From the NCBI RefSeq assembly GCF_009914755.1, contig NC_060928.1: DNA of 64,000 bases; one strand, written 5' to 3'. The first letter of the stretch is position 1, and each line of letters begins with the position of its first letter. The notes below the pieces were generated by a model. The model was not told the DNA's origin. It did no database searches and saw nothing but the letters and a program-made list of their open reading frames with translations. A program made the translations under genes and the position numbers. Of the stretch, positions 58,425 to 64,000 are shown piece after piece. The DNA is from the human T2T-CHM13v2.0 reference genome, Homo sapiens.

Positions 58425-58898
58425 TGTGAAATTAAATAATTCAAACTTAATGTTATTGGAACTTTGAATTATTTGAGCCCTGAGAGGAATGTGATTTCTT
58501 GGTCTAAGTCACATAGGATGCATCTGTAACTTCTGTTTCTCCAATTGCAGATGAAACCTCTATCTCATTTTTGTTCTGTAAATTATTAGGGAAGACTAAA
58601 GGCTACCAGAGAAAAGACCCCTAAAAGCTATTACCCCTCCTCACAAATATTAAAGCAATCTTTCTTGGAATGTAGCAAGCTATAACCAATCAAATTGCCT
58701 TAACATATTCACTCACTTTATTGCAACCCTATTAGACATTTCTGTTTCTGCCTGTGTGCGTGAAACCTTAGCTTTACCATTTTGGGATGCTGACCACATT
58801 TACTTGAAGCTGGTGTTTCCTGGGTGACTATCTTAAAGCTTTGCATTGAGATAAACTCTAAACTTAATCACATTTTCTTAATCTAATTTAAGGTGACA
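58425..58898 (+). mobile_element. 5' LTR of the ERV1 provirus (LTR23/MER84-like)
   Basis: TGTGAAATTAAATAATTC...TTTAAGGTGACA followed by PBS-like TTTTGGTGAGCAAGAAGG. Confidence 0.88.
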
Positions 58899-61800
58899 TT
58901 TTGGTGAGCAAGAAGGAACCCAAAATGGACCTCCAGTGATACTCAAATCTTGGCCAATAACCAGAGCTCTGATACCAGCAAAATGACTTTCACTCACCCA
59001 ACCTCACTGGAATCCATGGGCAATATCTGGTAAGGCCCTTTTTGAGGGCTGAACCTCCCAGCTTGGTTGAGGTTCAGACTTTATTCAAGATATAGACTTC
59101 CTAACTCAACAAAGTTGGAATTGAAGCTCTACTGCTAGGTAGAAGCTTCATTTGTTATTTTCTAGAGATTTTGCTGACCAAAAACTTGTGACTTTCACTT
59201 TTCTCTGAGGTAAAAGTTTTGTTTTTAATTATTCATTAGGGTTTCTATAGCCTTTTCTCTCATTCAAAATTTTGGTCAGGAAGAAAATAGCTTTTCTTTG
59301 AAAGTAAAAAGTGAATCTTTGTAGTTTAAGCAAAATTTGTAATCTTTAAAACTGGCCAGATTCTGAAGCTTTGTTTGGTTGTCAAATCTAAACTTCCCTC
59401 TTGAGTGACCAAAATTATAAAAGGCTTCCTATGGGGATAAAATAAGAACCAAAGTTTTTTTATACTTTTTATTATTATTCTGACCAGAAGGCACCATAGG
59501 TAACTAGGGTCTTTCAGGTATGTCAGAGTGTATTTCTCATGATGTTAAATGGTCTCATAGGGAATCCCTTGAGAAGAACATACAAGGACTCTTGCTTAAT
59601 CCAGTGTGTACACATTAAAAAATGGCCACCTAGTGCCTTAAGCACCCAAGTCTCTTGGGATCACTGAGACACAAGAAAGGGAACAATTGACTCCAGAGTG
59701 ACACCTCAAGGTAATGTTCCCACAGGTAGTACACTTGACTCAAAATACTTTCCATTAAGTTTTTTTAGAGAAAAATCTAAATTAGGGGCAGTCCTGTATC
59801 TAAAACCAAGTGTTCATTTTTAAGGAGCAATCCACCACTAGAAACACCAGTTTCATTCATTGTTTAATACTTATGGTGCCTCTTCATGAAAATATTTAGA
59901 AAATATGTCACACATATGATGACACCAAATTACAATGACCAAAATAGGGCACATTTGAAACACCTAAACGAATTTACCTGCATGCTTAATTAGACAAAGC
60001 TAGCTCTAAAATAAAACAAAATAACTAGAAAAATGAATGTGATTGGTACTTAGAAGTCTCTAAAAAGAGGTTCTAATAAACTTATCTGTAGGAGTAAAAC
60101 AAAAAAAGTCTAAGATAATTTCTGAATTGGAAAAAGATTCTGAAATTTCTCCTCCTGCTTCAGCCCTTCCTTTTCATTAGCACACATCATCAGAACTTTC
60201 TAGCCTAGATTTACATCCTCCTCCTTTTCCTTAACCTTTTTCTGCTGTTCTGATTCCATTTTGGGAACACTCTGTATCTGTATCCAGTAGAGAAGAATCT
60301 GTCTCAGTTTGTCAACCACAGTCAGAGGTCAAGATTAAAACTATAATTAAAGAATTCCTTGACTGAACTTCTTAAGAGCCCTATTGGATTTAACAGAATA
60401 CTCAAATTAAACATCTGAGCTTATAATTTCAGGTTATCTGATTTATAACAACTGGTCTACAGGGTTGTTTTAGAAAGTAAAGCCAAATATTGGATAGCAA
60501 AGGAAAACTGGAGCAATTTTTAGAAGACTTTCATACATTTCTGAAGCTGATTATGAATAAAATACTACTGCTAAAGCTTTACGAAACAATATTACCTTAG
60601 TTTTCCGAAAGGTGTTTGATAAGAACAAAATACAACAGTGCCAACAAAAACACTAATGAGCTCCTAATGTTATACCATGAAAGATTTGGAAAAAAAAAAG
60701 TAACAATATTCAGGCCTGTTAGGAGAAAGATATGTTAATCACCAAAATAATACACTCCCTAACTCAAGCATTATAAATGGATTCAATGACAAATTGGCAA
60801 GTATAATAAAGAGACAATCCCCCAGTTGGGCTACCTCTTAATCTCATGATCTAGTTAATTTTGCATGACCAAATTCATGCATTCTAACCAAGGAAGAAAA
60901 GAAAAGGAAAAAAAAGAGAAGAAAAGCAAGTAAGTCTTGAGTTTACAACTAAAACAATTGTTCAGCCAATTTATAACCCCTAAATGACTTCTTAAACTCA
61001 AAAACTAACCCAATTCTCTGCTTCTCAGTGAATGTAAAAAACTGTGGACAAGAATTTGACCAAAAGGCATAAGGCAGAGTGAGAAACTAAGACAAGTTTT
61101 AGAACAGGAGTGTAAGTTTAACAAAAAGCTTTAGAGCGAGAACAAAAGGAAGTAAACTTGGAAGAGGACAAAGCTGGCGACTTGAAAGATAAGTGCATAG
61201 TTTGACCTTTGACTTACACTTTTATACGTTGCTATACTTCTGGGGTCTTGCATCCCTTCTTCCCTGATTCTTCCTTTGGAGTGGGCTGTCCACATGTGCA
61301 GTGCCCTGCCAGCACTTGAGAGGCGCCGCATGCACAGTTTGTTTACTGGTGGTGTACACACTCTCACTTGAGGTGTTCTTCTCTTAACACTCTAATATTT
61401 CTAGAATGCCATTTACTGGTTAAACTTCACTATTTTGCCTCTTAGTGTGCATGCTTGAGCCCACTTACCCAACTCTTAAGATCTTATTGGGAAGCTGCTG
61501 ATCACTAACTACTTTCAGGTTTTTTTCTATCTATTGGGAGGCGGCCTTTTTCTGGCACCAGCTGTGACAAATTATCATTTTAGAGCGATGTATAACAACT
61601 GCCTGACCACCACCTGATAGTTGCCTGACATTTCTACTGTGGGTGGGGATTTGGGGGTTCTGTCCTGCCCTGCTCATGTCTGACTAGCTATCTACTTCAG
61701 CAACACTAATACTTTAGGATAAATTCAAATTATTTTAAATTGAGAACAAACAAGCTCTTACTGACACTGAGCTACATTATTAGCAATGAATCCCACATTA

Positions 61801-62711
61801 TTACAAGGACCATTCCTTGAATTGAAAAAACGATACAGATGGTAGGTGAAACACATACTTTTATATCAGCAAATAAGTCTTAATTTATAGTTTCCAATTA
61901 GGTTTTATACAAGGAACACATGTTTTTCTCTTGATTCCCTCAGCCCCCATCCATTTGATAGGGAGAGACTTTCAGAATTACATAATGCCCATATCTTATT
62001 TTCTAAGAAGGGGGGGATGTATTTAGCATTAGAAGATAAAATTGAATTATTAGATATAATTTTTGTTCAAACTCTGCTTCTTTTAATTCATATATTGCAA
62101 TTCTTATCGCCATGGAAATACTGAATTGTTAAATAATGAAGAATTACAAACCTGTCAAAAGTGGTTTCTGATCAATTGTGGTCAAAATCATCCACCAATA
62201 TTGGAAAACTTATCTCAGCTGTCTCAATCAAAATTGAAGTAGGTCCATCGAAATGTCTTTCAAACTTTAAGCAATATCTTCCAGTATCAAGGACCTTGGA
62301 GGGAATAAGAACTATAGTTTTGGAATACATAAAAGATTACTTACTTCTTGTACAAGAGCATGTAACACTTTACTCCTTCTTGTAAGAAAACCAAGTTGTG
62401 TAGGAATGGTGGAGATTTGTACAGAATCTACGTGCAATTAATAACAGTCATTCTTTGACATCCTGGAGTATCAAAAAAAATTTTGTCTTGTGGAGACCTT
62501 AAAATCTCCCCAGTTTGGCTCCTCTGTGACTTATTCTTCCATTTCCTGCCACTCTTCTCCTCCTTCTTTTTGTCGTCTTTGATACAACATGAAGAACATT
62601 TACAGAAGACTTCTCACAGCCCTGTTATACCTTCAAGAACACATAAAAAGGAACCACACATTCTACTTTTAGAATTTTCTGCTCCCTTTGTAGTGTTCCA
62701 AGAGTCATGGT
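58899..62711 (+). mobile_element. ERV1 (MER4 group) internal region, 5' half: leader, gag, protease, RT start
   Basis: Protease-site remnant CTTACTGACACTG (about 61757), HLIGRDF-like segment (about 61952), RT start WRFVQNLRAIN (about 62409). Confidence 0.82.
61050..61705 (-). mobile_element. MER50-like LTR inserted at the gag/pro boundary, 3' end truncated
   Basis: Minus strand begins TGTTGCTGAAGTAGATAGCTAGTCAGACATGAGCAGGGCAGG. Confidence 0.75.
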
Positions 62712-62780
62712 TGTCAGGCCTCTGAGCCCAAGCTAAGCCATCATATCCCCTGTGACCTGCACGTACACATCCAGATGGCC
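62712..62780 (+). mobile_element. LTR7 5'-terminal stub (69 bp)
   Basis: TGTCAGGCCTCTGAGCCCAAGCTAAGCCATCATATCCCC...CAGATGGCC, one mismatch to the start of the 39294 LTR. Confidence 0.95.
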
Positions 62781-62802
62781 AGTGTACATCCAGATGGCCA
62801 GA

Positions 62803-62880
62803 CATATACATATATATACATATATATGTATATGTCATATACATATATATACATATATATGTATATGTCATATACATATA
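62803..62880. repeat. Two exact 33-bp quasi-palindromic TA-rich units plus a partial third
   Basis: CATATACATATATATACATATATATGTATATGT at 62803 and 62836. Confidence 0.9.
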
Positions 62881-63275
62881 TGACATTCTGGAAAAGGCAA
62901 AACAGAGAAGAGTAAAAAGCTCAGTGGTTGCAGGGGTTATGGTAGAGGCAAGGATGAACAGGAAGAGCACAGAGGATTTTTAAGACAGGGAGACCCTTCT
63001 ATATGATACTACAATGGTGGATACAATAATTATGCATTAAAACTCATAGAATATACAACACAAAGAATGAACCCTAATTAAACTATGGACTTGGGGTAAT
63101 AATGATGTGTCAATATAGTTTGACAAAAATTGTAGCAAATCTACCACTCAAGTGCAGGACACGAAATCTGTCCCTACTGCAGGAGATTGCGCCGGGGGTA
63201 CATGAAGACTTTGTACTTTCTGCTCAGTTTTGCTGTGAACCTAAAACTACTCCAAAAAATTTATTAATGAAAAAA
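62877..63275 (+). mobile_element. L1MC/L1MB-type 3' end
   Basis: TATATGACATTCTGGAAAAGGCAAAAC...CAGTTTTGCTGTGAACCTAAAACTACTC. Confidence 0.8.
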
Positions 63276-63789
63276 ATTCATGACATTTAATTTGATGGAG
63301 AGAATGTAAAACAGTATTTAACCAACTCACACTCCTGCTGATTTACATGGTAATAATTACTGAAGCTAAAGAAAGTCAGTGAGTACCTCCAGGAATGAAA
63401 TAAACTATGAGAGATTGTGTTTAAGGAACAAGCTAGGTTTCCATGTCATAACTTCAGAAATAGAATAATACTTTGGATAATATATCATAAACACAGGAAA
63501 AGTCAATTCTCCCTCAAACTAGCTAGGTTTTCTTGATAAATAATATATATATGGAAAAGAAAAACTCCTTGGTTAGACTTTAAAATAATAATTATATAGA
63601 ATGATAGATAAAATAAACAGGAAAATATGAGAAATGAAAAATAGGTTTGATAGTTATTATGTAATTGCATGAACTATTCATATGTTCTCTTGAAAGAATG
63701 ATAGCTAACTAGTAACTTAATACATACTATTTTTTTTTTTGAATTTCAGACATGATGCTAAGTACTTTACATTCAATTCACAATTTTTC

Positions 63790-63950
63790 CTCACAAACAA
63801 GCAGTATCAGCATCAAGGGCCAGCATTGTCATCAACAGGGAGTGTGTCAAAAATACACAATTTCAGTCCTTATTCCAGATCTACTGAACCAGAATGTGCA
63901 CTTAAAGTCCTTCGGTGATGTTTTTTCATATTAATGTTTGAGAATACTAC
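63790..63950. mobile_element. MER5A-like hAT MITE
   Basis: CCAGATCTACTGAACCAGAA...GGTGATG...GTTTGAGAATACT. Confidence 0.6.
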
Positions 63951-64000
63951 CTTATAGCTACAGATCTTTTCCCAGGATCACCCAGGTAGTAGAGCAGAAA

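Overview
AT-rich, repeat-saturated catarrhine-primate (human-like) genomic DNA. I find no supportable cellular protein-coding or RNA gene. The longer ORFs are decayed retroelement frames or their antisense, and the rest look like chance frames. Main contents: (1) a near-complete HERV-L provirus (MLT2A2-like LTRs, minus strand, 1-10125) carrying nested THE1D solo, full-length THE1D and HERV-W LTR17 insertions; (2) a near full-length old L1PA (16.3-23.1 kb); (3) a Tigger2 > MER61 > HERV-L(MLT2A1) nest with a later deletion (25.6-31.2 kb); (4) an internally deleted HERV-H provirus (33990-39706); (5) an ERV1/MER4-group provirus whose two halves lie in the wrong order (3' half 39.7-45.4 kb, 5' half 58.4-62.7 kb); plus L1, Alu, MaLR and MER5 fragments. 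The most notable signal is a hidden structural rearrangement. The HERV-H flanks do not match (TAATC vs ATGGT), and each missing target-site partner sits next to a small orphan LTR7 stub at 47532 (minus) and 62712 (plus). This implies two LTR7 integrations and two adjacent inversions (about 7.8 kb and 15 kb), the second with a templated repair scar. I see no evidence of a novel coding system. Subfamily names come from recalled consensus sequences and need RepeatMasker/Dfam confirmation.
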